Source: Nemertoderma westbladi
Taxonomy: Eukaryota; Animalia; Xenacoelomorpha
NCBI GenBank assembly: GCA_032718475.1
Contig: JAUCBJ010000603.1
Span: 25,470-89,469 of the forward strand
DNA: 64,000 nucleotides
Direction of reading: 5' to 3'
Positions within the stretch are counted from its first letter, which is position 1. Each line of letters begins with the position of its first letter. Below, piece by piece: positions 45,389 through 58,992 of this stretch. A model generated the notes under the pieces. It worked only from the letters and a program-made list of their open reading frames with translations. It was not told where the DNA came from and made no database searches. Made by a program: the position numbers and the translations under genes.

Positions 45389-46214
45389 TCTGGGAGAAAA
45401 ATTTCAACTAACATCCAGGCATTCAACTAATATCCATCATTAGACCACTCAACCTACTCCATTTAAAATAACACAGCTCTTCATCCGTGGTAATTAGAAT
45501 TCCACTTCGAGTAATAAAGTGCTCGTGCACTGTATGGGATAATAGGGCCAACTCCCTAGCATGAGGTGATAACAATAATGGACAGGATCAAGAAATATTA
45601 ATCATAATTTATCTACTATTTAACGGAAAACTTATTTTTATTGTGCAATAATCATGATTGACCTCTGACCCGCCAAAGGTTTGTAAAAGGCAGCGTTTTC
45701 GTCATTTTTACTCCGTGTGATTCTGGCATACTCTCTCGGCGAAGTTAGTATTGGGACTAACTGGCTAACTAGCCGAAGCAGAACTTGCTCTGGGGTGCCT
45801 TTGGCAAACACTTCTCAGGGCGCTGCTTCTCAGGGCGCTAATACCTCTTCTACTGTAGTTAGCACGGTAACAGGCCGTCTGTCTTAACACGGGGCCCACT
45901 ACTTTGCGCCCTTTACCAAGTTGCTCTATATTTTTTTTAGTTTCGCTAATCTCATATGCCCAAACTGTACCACCGCTGTTTGGAAATAATTGGAGATAAC
46001 CGAGTGTTTTTGCAAGGAGCTATCTTTATTCTATGCGATATTAACATCTGGAAAATAGAAATCACCGTTATTTTTGAAAATAGTATTGGAAGGGTTATAA
46101 AGTAGGTAAATGTACAAGTCGACTCGCGGGAAATAAAGTTTGAAAGCTGATGATGTTATTCAAGGGGTTTTTGTAATGGGAAAAGTCAGGCTTCGGCCGT
46201 AAAACTATGAATTT

Positions 46215-46350
46215 TAAGCCGCCTGGGAGCTTGACACGCTGAGAAATCCTTTACACATATCCACCCTGATTTTCGCGAGATTAACCGCATCTTCAATGCC
46301 AGTGTACTTTATGAGGCGTCTTAAGAAAGTTATGGGCTGTCTACCTTGTA
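46215..46350 (-). mobile_element. Decayed RTE-like LINE 3' fragment
   Basis: Minus strand translates as GRQPITFLRRLIKYTGIEDAVNLA, matching GGQPMTFLRRILKDTGLKDVDDLA. Confidence 0.7.
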
Positions 46351-49252
46351 CCTTGTCTACCTTACTTATTTTCTCCTTGAGGCTACCAAAGCACAAGATT
46401 GTGCTTGATATTATATTATTTCTGGTTGGAAATGTGTGCATTGCACTTGACACAGTAAACCCAGTCAGTAAACGTATGAATTAATACTGACTATTTTCTA
46501 AAAATACATAATCTCCAAGGAGTGCATGATTTAATTTTGGAATAAAATAACTCTGTTTACAATTGCCTATTTAATATCCATGCGGTATAATATATCTGGA
46601 TCCCGCATATCCGTTAAATGTCTGACATTCAAAATCATTGCAAGTTTCTGCCTTGAGCGGATAAATGTTTAATCAGTTATAAATTAGAAGAATATTTACG
46701 TGATCATTTTGAGATTAATAGTTGGAGTTGATTAAAGCTGCAAGAAGCATTCGGTAATTGGGAGTATCTCAAACCGGATGATGGCAAAATGTGCAGCAAA
46801 AGAGACGGTAACTGTAATTAAATGGATGATTGGCCATCGTTGATGATAGCTAACCTAACTACACTTCATCGGGTTTATAAACACTAGCTAAACACGGTAG
46901 GAGCAATCAAGCACCTATCTAGCGGATTATCTACAGAAGGCCGTGTTGCTGTCAGCTATTAATCATTTGTGGTCCGACGACCAGGGTTTGTTCGTGTGGC
47001 CACGACATTATTACTATCTTCTCTGATGTCCTAATTTGGGAAGATTTCGATTACCTGTGAGTTTTGTACTTCATGATTAATCAGTGATATGATATGACTT
47101 TAATGACCCTAGTAGATTCGCTGTCTATTTTGATGTAATTGAAAGCTTGATTACATCGACTGAGCGAGGTGATTCCATTTCCATCTGATGGTTGTATTTT
47201 TTCTCTAACAATGTTCTTATTAAAATCTTGCAAATCTGTTGTTATTCGCGTTGTGTTGGTGTTGTTTTTATATTGTGATAATTATGATACATTATGATAC
47301 AGCGATATGTTTGTATTTGTGACCAACGGAAAATGCGGTCAAACAAACATTATTTCTTGAAAACAACTCACAAAAATTATCTTTATATTATCAAAGCTTA
47401 TCTAAGTGATGAGAGGATATTTAATATTTTAGACTTTAGTAATGCGACCGGTTTGATAATCTCTTTCCAATATATTATTCACCGTGCGTGTGAGTTTATA
47501 TGGTTTAACATCAGCATGCGTGCCACTTAGTCGCCTTGAGTGGGATGAAAGCGACGATTTACCATATTATACTTCACTCACCATCTGATAGTCCCTGTGT
47601 GCAAGGCCTACTCATCCCGTTATTAAAACAATGCAATCAAGCTAATTGTCATTCAGAATACATCGTAGCAATTACCACAACAAGAACCTGAGAACATTAC
47701 AACCATAAATTAAGTGCACTATAAATTACTGGCATTAGGCCGCGTGCAAGCTGTAGCGTGCACGCACGCACTGACTGAGATATATGGTCTTGTGATAGAG
47801 TGATGAGCCTATAACCTAATTAATGGACTGATTCGGGATGGCAGGCTGTAATCACTTGGTTACCGTGGCCTAGATCATTGCCTATTCAATCTGCCGCTGA
47901 GTAGGCGACCATTAACACCGAATTACAAACACTGGCAAACTTTTTAATTTTCTCAATTACTTTGTCGTGTGATAAACCCGACCCCACGCGGCGCACACTT
48001 AATGCGCAAATAGTGCAATCCTTGAAGGTCGGACGTCTTACCCTTGACTCCTGATGGTGCCGGGATTTGAGTGCCTTGGCTGAATTGGTTACTTAGGACT
48101 ATCTCTCTGCCAGGCCGCTTTTAGTGGAATATTATATATATTTGGATGTTTATTTGGCACCTACACATTTAGCTTCTGAGTGCTGAGTGCTGCTGTTCTT
48201 GCTATGTTACAATACTTTACATATAGTAAGTTGTACAATGTTTCGAGTTCAAGCATAGTATGTTTTGCTTTCTATAAATTGTGCATTTTGTGTGGATCGA
48301 TATACATACATTCGAATAATATATGAACTACTACTATACTATATATTTTGGTTATGATTCAGAATATTATAATAATTGATGTAATACCGACCATAATGAT
48401 TCTCTATAAACACAAGTCTGTATTCTTAAAACGTTAAAAATATGTGTTTTTGTGCATTTGACACGAGTGCAATATGGAACAATATTACTCAACTTACCCT
48501 AATTATTGATTAAATTAATGAGTTTATCCTAAGTCTCTATAAGGCCGCGCACACTGTATGTATAAATTGTCTACCTATTTATAAATCAGTGGCAGATGCC
48601 AACTCGTTTTTACTAGATAGATCTATATGTACACGAACGTACATGTACGATCATACAAAAACTTGAATGACAAAATTATACTAAAGGTTGGGTTACTCCA
48701 GCAATAGCATATTGGGCAAATTATTAGAATAAATAAAGAAAGAAATATCTTTTTATAATTGAAATATAAATTATGTTTTCTGTGAAATATAATGCGTGAA
48801 GGATGTTCTTGTATGATGAAAATTATAGTATAAAAAAACAACTTGGATCTAAGAGTTTCTTAAAAACGCATCGTCTACATAATTATTCTATTTTTATTAT
48901 TATGAAAAAACATTAACATGGGAAGCCATATAATATGAAATGTGGTATAAAGTAGGTTGATTCTTTGGGGAATAAGTGAGCGAATGTCCAGGGAGTGGTA
49001 ATTGAACACGACAATTGAAAATTTATTTAGAAATAAAAACGCTTAAAAGGAAAGTTGTGTTAGTCTTTTAGAAGCACAACTCTTGGGATCGAGATAAAAA
49101 ATAAACAATACAACATATCTAAGTTCGATTACTAGAACCTGTCCCTAAGGATTTACCCTGACTCACTAATCACTCTCATATCGCGCCACCCGCATTAATA
49201 ATTCGCTTTGCTCTAACCACAAGTTAATGATGTGTATAAAATATATGTGGCA

Positions 49253-49652
49253 ATAACATTAGAGATGGACCGTGTATCCGCGTCGAGTCAATGTTTGTAA
49301 GATAACATTAGAGATGGACCGTGTATCCGCGTCGAGTCAATGTTTGTAAGATAACATTAGAGATGGACCGTGTATCCGCGTCGAGTCAATGTTTGTAAGA
49401 TAACATTAGAGATGGACCGTGTATCCGAGTCGAGTCAATGTTTGTAAGATAACATTAGAGATGGACCGTGTATCCGCGTCGAGTCAATGTTTGTAAGATA
49501 ACATTAGAGATGGACCGTGTATCCGAGTCGAGTCAATGTTTGTAAGATAACATTAGAGATGGACCGTGTATCCGAGTCGAGTCAATGTTTGTAAGATAAC
49601 ATTAGAGATGGACCGTGTATCCGCGTCGAGTCAATGTTTGTAAGATAACATT
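49253..49652. repeat. 49-bp tandem repeat, 8 copies
   Basis: ATAACATTAGAGATGGACCGTGTATCCG(C/A)GTCGAGTCAATGTTTGTAAG head to tail, no spacers. Confidence 0.97.
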
Positions 49653-49713
49653 AAAACGTTTTCATTTTACAATATAAAGTATAATTGAGAAGGTCGGTTT
49701 GCACACTACGTAG

Positions 49714-50679
49714 GCCTCATACGGTAGCACGAACTTAGTTCCAATCGCACATTTTCAAAGGCGAACTTAGTTCCAATTGAAACGAATTTAGTTCCAAAAT
49801 AAATTTTACAAAGCGAACTTAGTTCCAATCGAGGCGAACTTAGTTCCAATCCCAGAATATCAAAACGAACTTAGTTCCAATGGATGCGAATTTAGTTCCA
49901 GTGCATGCGAATTTAGTTCCAATGGATGCGAACTTAGTTCCAATGCATGCGAATTTAGTTCCAATGGAAACGAATTTAGTTCCAATGGGTACGAACTTAG
50001 TTCCAATGTTTAATCGTGGGGATAGCCACGTAGTTGTAGGCGAAGCCTATTGCGTGTTGCCACTATTTGGGGTGGGTCGGGTGAACAATAATTGTAAATA
50101 ATTGTAAAACCCTTCTGTCATTTTTAAAAAACGAATTATTATTAATGAATTAAATGTATAATTACACTTTTTGAATTATTTATTAATCACGAGTATACTG
50201 ATATTGACTGACTAAGTCTGTATAGTAGTATATGTACTCAAGTCATGCACATTGTGCCATTTTCACATCAATTACAATATGTACCAGTTGTTTCGGTTTA
50301 GGAGGTTGGGCGTTATGGGTTAGTTATTTACAATTATTATTTAACCATCCACCTAATAGTGCCATTAAACAGATTCTTCGCCAACTACGTGGCTCGCCTC
50401 ACACCTGAAACATTGGAACTAAATTTGCTTCCCTTGGAACTAAATTCGCATCTATTGGACTAAGTTCGCATCCATTGGAACTAAGTTCGCATACATTGGA
50501 ACTAAGTTCGCATGCATTGGAACTAAGTTCGCATGCATTGGAACTAAGTTCGCATGCATTGGAACTAAATTTGTTTTCGTTTTTCTCTAGTTATTGGAAC
50601 TAAGTTCGCCTAAATTGGAACTAACTTCGCCAAAATTGGAACTAAATTCGTTTCCATTGGAACTAAATTCGCATGAGGC
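49714..50679. mobile_element. Foldback-like element with long, internally repetitive inverted arms
   Basis: GCCTCAT...ATGAGGC ends; left arm of repeated CGAA(C/T)TTAGTTCCAA, right arm of repeated TTGGAACTAA(G/A)TTCG; inner inverted repeat AGCCACGTAGTTG / CAACTACGTGGCT. Confidence 0.8.
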
Positions 50680-52689
50680 TTAAATTGAAACGAAGTACGG
50701 GGAATCGGCTCATACAACTGTGAAAAGATTGTTATTGAATTGATGCCCCAATGAGATCATGAGTCATTCATGTGCCTGGTGATTAACAACAATAACTTCT
50801 AGTCTAGTAACAATCGTTCCACACTCCGTGGTAGGAGTATGAATTATGAGGCGAATGAACAATATGGTATGGTGATAATCTGTGACAATTAAATTCGTAG
50901 CTGATGACTCCACACCGGCTGTTACTTTTCGTCCTTCCGGCTGTATCATCTTCGCGTTTATGAAACGTTTTAAAGATTTGTATGGAAACAATGTATGGTT
51001 TAGGCCGTAGGTAGGCGTCGTATTTCTCTATTAATGATCCATTTAAATTGAGTTGTGTGGTTGCAGTAATATGAGGCGAGATAAGATTAACATCCTATCA
51101 TTTCCAGGACTATATATCATTAACTGCCGTTTCAAATTCGTATCCAATCTGTGGCCAGGCAATATCGCTTTTAACAAACAGCAAGGATTAGTGCAAATTG
51201 ACACCCTTAGTCGTTCTATAAGGAGTGCATTGTGAGTGTAAGGGGTGTTAAGGATGGATTGAGATCGTCTTATTTTACTTAAATAGGCAAACGGAAATGA
51301 CCAACATATGGGCGGCTTATTTGCAATGGCAACAATTCAAATAGATTAATTAGGTATGATTATAATATTGTATAGGACTAGTATATGAAACTTCAGAAGG
51401 AAGGAGACAGGCTTTATGTGTGACCTATAAAGATAAGAAGATCCAGCGAAAAATAACGTCCACTTCACTGCAGGACATTAATCACAAATACACCCATGCC
51501 TCACCATTTCCGATTAGTTGGTTTCAATAGATTATTAATGGTGAATCCGCAGTGAATTATGTTCCAGCTGAGACCTTGTTACAAGTAATTTCCTGTTTTG
51601 TCAACTCCTTTTATTTTATCTAGCGAATCTTTTTAACAATTCCTATGAATTGGATGACATTTACGAATTACAAACACCTCAGAAATATCACGTGATATTT
51701 ATTTGCTCGGATAGAGCCTATATTTATTTGTATATAACATGCCATATATCAATACTTTTAGACATATTATGGTGATCCTATAGAATCCCAATAAGATTTC
51801 GGAAGGTTTGGAAGGAATGGAGGTTTGCATTCACTGTTGTTCATCTGGTGGATGTTCATTATTCATAACATGGGAAATAACGTCGTATTTTTTCAATATT
51901 CATAAATCGCTACAATATAAAATTACAAACAGATATGTTCGAACACAATTTCTTTATGATTACACATTGTAGTTGATGAAAACGCGGCCACACCACTCAG
52001 CCTAGTCCCAATCGCCTGCCCACTGCCCACAGCCCTAGTTTCTTTTATATGTCAACCAAGAAAGAACCACAGCGAATAGTGAGTAATTTTCCTAAAACTT
52101 TGTATTGATAAGAACGTTGACCTCCATGGTACAAATGCAAATGGTACAATTGAAAACCACTTTTCATAATGAAAGGGATTAAATTCTCAAACATAACGTT
52201 GAATTAATCGTTTTAACGTATTACCATAAAAGGATTAGGCTCTAGCAATGCGTATAATAATGCTTTGCTGTGGCAGTTGAGTGGGACCAATTATATTGAG
52301 TGCTGTCTAATCGCTGTGTGATTGTTGTTTGAAAATCAATTATTTAATTCAAGGCGAGAAAGTTATTGAGAATATTTGGTTGGAAATATATCAAGTTAAC
52401 AGAATACAGTAACCATGGTAATCTTCTAGCTCTAGGCGTAACATATCCGGGTTACTGGGAAGTTAGACCGAGGTTTGCAAAATTTGCGATATTTTATAAT
52501 ATTTGATTTGTAACTGGAGCCGACGAAGCTGCCACGAAGTCTCAACTCCACAATATTAAAGTTACGAAATTTAATCCATTATGTGGGCCGAGCCACGAAG
52601 TTGAAGAAACCCTATAAACAAATTCAACAGTCTCACACTAGAGGGCTACATGTTTAAATACTAAACGTCCTCCCAATACTTTGCTTTAA

Positions 52690-53175
52690 ATCCGTTCAAG
52701 CAAAACGTGCAAATACAGTATGTATTAGACCATAAGCCATGTCTTTAAATGAGGCTAATCTGTAGCATGCAGCAAGCCACTGATCTAGAATTGGTAAGGC
52801 TACGAATCCAAGGTACTTAGTCCGTCGCACAATCCCTATCTACAGAAACCCGTGAAACGGACCAAGCAATCCGCGAACTTTATGATCATCTCATACGATC
52901 AGATTTCCTAAGGATTGCCGAAGGATTTCCTTTAGTATAGGAGCCAGTATGAGGGTTCCCATCACTCCATCTATATTATGATGGTCTAAGAGCAATGCGT
53001 AGAAGATATCTATCGCAAATATGAACAAGAAGGGGAAGACCACCATAAAACTTCTAATGGATCTGTTGAACCGTCATCATAGACACAATTATCGTCGAAC
53101 GATCCCAGAGTGACCTGATTGATCGCTGCGATAATTTCTTCAGGAATCCCACCTGCTGAAAGTATGCTGAACATA
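52690..53175 (-). mobile_element. Decayed RTE-like LINE RT fragment
   Basis: Reverse complement resembles ~41685-42280 (ATGTTCAGCATACTTTCA...GGGATTCCTGAAGAAATTATC...CCCTTCTTGTTCAT...CTTAGACCATCATAAT). Confidence 0.7.
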
Positions 53176-55573
53176 TGGTAAAGTCAAATTTTATGAAAAT
53201 TAACTTTCTGTAAAATTATTATTCGAAAAAGAATTAAACAAAAGAAAACATTCGCAATTAAATTCGAACTCTAATTGTCTGCTACCGAATTGATTATTTT
53301 TGCTATTGATACTACTACTAAATTGATCTATTATTGATTATTGATTTATTATTGATTAGTTTTCATGTAATCCCTTCATGGAAAAAATAATTCTTTCAAA
53401 TGATTTTATCCAATGTTATATACTTTATTTATATAACATTTTTTGGAATAATTATTTTTTAAAGATTCGGATAAAATAGGCCTTTAATTACCATATACTT
53501 TAGTCACGGTTGTCTACATTGTAGTATTTACTTTATGTTTTGTAAAACCGAAATGCACGTATTCCGGTGTTTTTGAATTTGTTTTACCAACAGATGGTTC
53601 AATATTGTTGGTAATCAGCTTTGAATTACAAGCGAACGCAACTAATTACCTTCACTTGAATAAAGAGGGACCGAGTGCTATATTTCCGCTTCCGGTTTAA
53701 AAGCATGACGTTTTAAAGGCAATTAGTATAGCCTGGGGGTGTCTGCATGTTGCTTTAATTAGGCCTATGGTGATACAAAATAGGTATTGTACATGTGCAT
53801 GTATTGTTAGAGGAAAGGATCCTATCGTATCAACAATATAAAAACGCCTTCAATTAAGATTTAATACTCCACATAACGGACGACGAGAGGGCCAGATGGT
53901 AGCCTAACCCGAGGTTAAACCAATTGAAATAATATCTGATGGAAAAGTAACTATATAGCATATAGAAATTTCTTAATTATCATGATGTAGCTTCGAGCTT
54001 TTGTTCGAGTTTGGTTGGAGATACAATCTATAAAAAAAAAATACTCTGGACTGGTTCAAGAACCATATTTGTACAAAATTAGTTTATTTCTCACAAGGTA
54101 ATTTTACTAAGTTGTAGTAGAAAACCTAAATGTATTTCTCTGAAGATAGATAATTGCGTTAGCTCTTGTCATTTATAACAAATCTTATAAGTAAAGCAAT
54201 TAAATAGGTGGATTAAGTTTTAGAGGCCGGGTTGGGATTACAAATCTGTTGTTAATTTTGTTTGCGAGTTTGTAAGATCGAATCAATATGTTGGCTTTTG
54301 TAGATCCCAAGGTGATGCTTCTAAGGAAACAATAAATACAAAGGAAGCTATGGAGGAAGATATGGTAAGCAGGAACTACATTCTGTGCGGCCTTGAGTGC
54401 CCACTGTCCAGTCCATGCCAATTCGCCATTGCGTAATTGTTGTTGATTAAAAATTACTGATGTAGTTATTCTGCAACCTTGGCATTTGGTTATTTCGACC
54501 AATCATCTATAAGACCATCCGATCCTTCCAACTTTACATTGGTGTTATTTTTTGGTGGCTTACAAAAAGTTTATTACTCTAAATGGTCCTTTTTTGCTTT
54601 TTCGCACTGATTCTATTAATTTTTTTCAATTTCAAAAAATTAAATTTCCAAATTTTGACCGAACAACAACACGTTGATTCAAATAGCGAAAATTAGAAAT
54701 ATTCGTAGAAAATTTGTATTTTACGGGGCTGTGCAGCTTCTACAGGGCAGTCCCTGTTGGCCTCTTTCTGCAGGAAGATACCAGAAGACTTGATGGTCGA
54801 TACATAAAAAGTTGGTTCATGGCATATCATAAAATACCCATTTAACATATATGAGACATTGTAAGTCCATGGTATTACGTTATTGCTAAAACCCGGCGAT
54901 ACCCTACTGGCACGACTTATGAGTCCTACCGGTCACGGCTATCGCACTATGGGTCAACCTCTATGATCTTGCCTTGTCGAGGAAACGTTGTGGTCAACCA
55001 TTGACATTCCTAAAACGTCTGGGTCTTGTAATGTCGCTGGTCTAAATAATGTAAATGAATTGGGAAGTTACATGGCAGTAAGTGGTTTATGATGGTATTC
55101 GTTGCAGGTGAGGCCAGCAATGCAACAAGGTGGTATAGGCAGACCTGTATTAATCACGGAGGAGGTGAAACCAACAACTTAACCTCTAATTAGGGGAGGG
55201 GGGGGGGGGGGGTATATTGCCATGGGAGTTGCACCCCCATGATATTTTTGAAAAAGTAGTAGTATTTTAATAAAATACATTTTAAAACAATTTTGGGTGT
55301 CATGCCCGCAAATATGCAACAGCAATTCGAATCAAAGAAACGTGAAGTTACAAATGTCATATTCCATGTTACTTTTCATGAAAATATATGCTCCAGTAGA
55401 AAATACCACAATTTTTTAAACTTTATTACTGACATTTGACGTGAAGGCTATGATATATATATATATAGATAAGTGGCGGGCCACCGGTAAATACTATCTG
55501 TGCATCACCATGTAATTAAACCGACTTGTTTAACCGAACTGATTTTTATGTTTCTAATAGTAATATTTTTGAG

Positions 55574-55797
55574 GGGTGAGTACAAAACAAAGACCGAAGA
55601 CCCAAGACTTTACTGCCCGTTCTATACAAAACAAAGAGGTAGGTCCCAAAGCGCGTTAGGTCCCATTGCCATTTAAATGAACAGGTTAGTAAAGGAGCAG
55701 GTTACATAAGCGTGTTGGGGGAACCAAAACAATAAATGAAAGTTAACACATGTTACAAGATTATGCAGGTCTTTATAATTGGGTCTTGTACTCACCC
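55574..55797. mobile_element. Small MITE
   Basis: TIRs GGGTGAGTACAA / TTGTACTCACCC; subterminal AAGACC repeats. Confidence 0.55.
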
Positions 55798-55951
55798 GAT
55801 TTTTTACCCAGTTATTCGAATTTGCTACAGATATTAAAAAGAGATTCAGATCTAACTTTAATTTAATCAGAGCAGTTTGTTTGAGGCATCGAACCCCCCC
55901 CCCCCCCCCCTAATCATCGGTCACCACACAGTCAAAGCCAGTTTACTCATT

Positions 55952-55983
<32 letters not shown>

Positions 55984-56439
55984 CAAGAGTTAACAGTCTG
56001 GAATGATTCTCTCGTTATACTTTGCATTCATTCAAGATTGAAACTGGTACAGGCTTCTAAAACGTGGGTGAATGAGCAGATCGAATTCTGTACTGATACG
56101 TATAAAGGGATTATGTTGTATAATTTATTGTCCATTTGGATTTGTTGTCAATCAGTCAAATAAATAAATGGGCAAGTTCACGGAATGATGGGAAATCCGA
56201 ATCAATGTGCTCACTGGGCCAAAAGAGTAGGAATTTGCTTAATGAGGTATATATATACCACCACCCCCTCCCCCCACACTCCATAAACGTTTATTGCCAC
56301 CAGTCCTGGCCCTTTAGATCAATGTTCCAACAATGGACGGGCGCAATTGTAACTACCATCGCGATATACATGTTAGCCGGCCGGTATATGACCGGTTTGG
56401 TTCACTGTAAACAGTCTCCCAAGAGGGCCCCTACCGGGC

Positions 56440-56900
56440 ATGCGAACAATGGGAACAATCACTTAGAAAGCCATTAGCAGTGTGGTGTAATGAGGGCCCC
56501 ATTGTCAGGTCTCGATTGACTCAAAAATCGAGGTAAAATGAGCCAAAGGTAGACCAGTATGGGGGTACTGGGCCACTTCGCCGCTGTAGTAGGAGGATAA
56601 TTGCTTGAAGTGTTTTCAAGATTACCCATTTAGCCCCATTGTTGGGGCCGCTTATAGGAGGGGCAAGTGGTTGTGAAACCAACCTCTCGCTACGATTACG
56701 CTTTGTGTTTGACCAATCGAGAGCCCAGCGCCTCAATATGTGTGCATCCAAGTGTTTGGCGTTAGTCGTGAGTGGCGCAGCGATTATAATAAGATGGCTG
56801 CCCCGACGCCAGCCTGTCTCCTCTCAAGAAATAGAGTTCGCTTGCTCCAGATATATCTATTACTGATTTTACCTAAAGGGCAGCGACCAATGAGCGCCTT
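56440..56900 (+). promoter_or_regulatory. Putative promoter / proximal enhancer of the eh1 gene
   Basis: Locally GC-richer; GACCAAT at ~56711 and ~56885; TAAT/ATTA and AAGTG/CACTT motifs. Confidence 0.35.
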
Positions 56901-57102
56901 CGGTTTGCGCAGTTAGGCCGAGTTTTAGCAGTTTCTCGGAGGTGTATGGTGAGTTAAACATCTCCTTCTTAGATAAGTGGGCTTTTAACACGCTTGATAG
57001 TTTGAAGAAGATTTATTTAACTGCGATTTAACTTCGTAAAAGTTTTATGTAGATATAAATCTTTATAGGAAAGTTAATTTTTCGCTGCTAATTTCAGTTA
57101 CC

Positions 57103-57487
57103 ATGATATTAAACATGGAGAATCAATGCCCAATCAAGGAGATGCAATCGGAGACACCGGAGAATCCTAAAAAACTAAAACTGTCATCCCCTGAAGAAGA
57201 ACCCCGAAGAAAGACCATCCGAACTTCCTTCGGAATCGATGATATCCTCGGATTAAGTAAACCCGGACCGCCTAGTAAACCCCCTAGCAACCACTCAGCT
57301 TTCACCCCTCCAGTTTCTACCCTCCCTGTGCATCCTTTGGCCACTCACATTCCTTCTGGAATGGCATCTGGGTTGCTAGGCTACCAACTTGGTCCTTTGT
57401 GTCCGTCTTGGTTGGCCTGTCGTGGACCTCCAACAGTCAGTCTACCCACTCTCCTACCTCCTCCTCAATTTGTTCTACCGAGTTCAG
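57103..57487 (+). CDS. First coding exon of an eh1/TN-motif transcription factor (probably NK/ANTP-class homeobox)
   Basis: ACCATG start; TSFGIDDILG matches the eh1 consensus FxIxxIL; Pro/Ser-rich region; CAG|GTGATT donor at 57487/57488. No homeobox exon recognised within the window. Confidence 0.7.
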
Positions 57488-58559
57488 GTGATTAATTATA
57501 TTTAATACTTATATTGTACACTTTGTATAATAAATTCAAACCTTCTTTGTATTAGAGTTTATACGATTAGATCTCAACAAAGACATGTAAACAAAATGCT
57601 GTAAAACACTTTAATTAGTTCATAGACAAGTAAAATTAGAACAAGTAAAATTTTGCCGAGCCTCACGTTCTTAAAATGTCTCAAAATTTCATGCTGAAAG
57701 AAAAATGTTCATAAATTGTTCTAAAATTTTAATAGCACATAATGATATCTTAACTGGAGGCAAAATCCTTCTAAAGGTCTGTTACATCTCTTTCAGTGTC
57801 ACAGGCTAGTTGTAGAATGTAGATCTAACTTATACAAATTACTATGATTTCTGATCATATTTACAAAAAAATAACGAAAATGTACTATGTTCAACATTTG
57901 TGCGAAATTTGAAGGCGATTCCGAATAAGTGAGTTATTAGTTCTCGATTTTACTTATAACATCATTGTTAAAAAATCAATTTCATATTATTTTACTAAAA
58001 ATGCATTACCTAACAGGCAGGCTTATATATTGCAAAACATCAAAACTGATATTTGAAAAATAGCAACGGCCAGGATAACTTTCTTAGCTAAAATTATTTT
58101 CGTTGTGTGTTTTATCTGTATAATGACGGACAAACCAACAGACAGAAAGATAGAGACAGTCAGACAGAAGTTGCCAAATTTGAAAACTTCCGTGTACTTT
58201 TATTCCGTGGTCATATATTATAATCAAGTGTAATTGAATAAATTATTTAATGAAATAACTCCATACAGTAAGTAGATCTGTATATTGTTATCATTGGTCT
58301 AAATATGGGATATAAATGGAGCCAATCCAACTGAAATTTTATACCGAATGTAAATGTTTTGGGTGAAAACGTTGAGAATGATCTCAATGTTGTGTAACAC
58401 AACATTCACCAGTCCGAGGGTAACTCTAGTGGTTGGTTGTATAAGTACTAACTCTGAAGTTAAGTGCAAAACAAAGTGTTACATTTTGGTGCAAACGAGA
58501 ACACTACCGTTACCCTGAAATGTAACACATTCTAATGTCATTACAAATATTTATTAACA

Positions 58560-58992
58560 CTCTACAACTACTATATTTGGCCAGCTGCATTGAAGCTGCA
58601 CATTGTAATGATTTGCTGACAAAACAAAAAAATATTTTTGCCGCCACCATACAATCCACAATTGGCGCCACAATCAATGCAGCGTGCATTAAGAATGCTA
58701 TGCCGCCTTATAAACAAAATTACACCGCCACAACTCCCTGAAAGTCATGGGCTGTCCACCATGCTTATTTTCTCAAAGCACTACATTGTGCACAGCCTGG
58801 TCCACACAATGCCCTGCAAAGCGGAGGCGGCTTTGTTCAATAGTCTAAAGCTTGGTGGAACCAATGAAACACCTCCAATGTTATATGATGTATGGTTGTA
58901 CTTAACACGTGAACCCAACGTAGCCCTCTCGTGAATGTGCCATCCAGAGATTTGGTGTCTTCGGCAGTTAGAGCCCAGCATGGACTCCCATA
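58560..58992 (-). mobile_element. Decayed RTE-like LINE 3' end with stem-loop and TAG tail
   Basis: Minus strand YNIGGVSLVPP matches the LINE at 42480; the end reads TGCAGCTTCAATGCAGC...TAGTAGTTGTAG. Confidence 0.8.

Noticed and set aside
49253-49652. CRISPR-like regular array
   Set aside because: Head-to-tail 49-bp units with no unique spacers, no cas genes, and a eukaryotic context.
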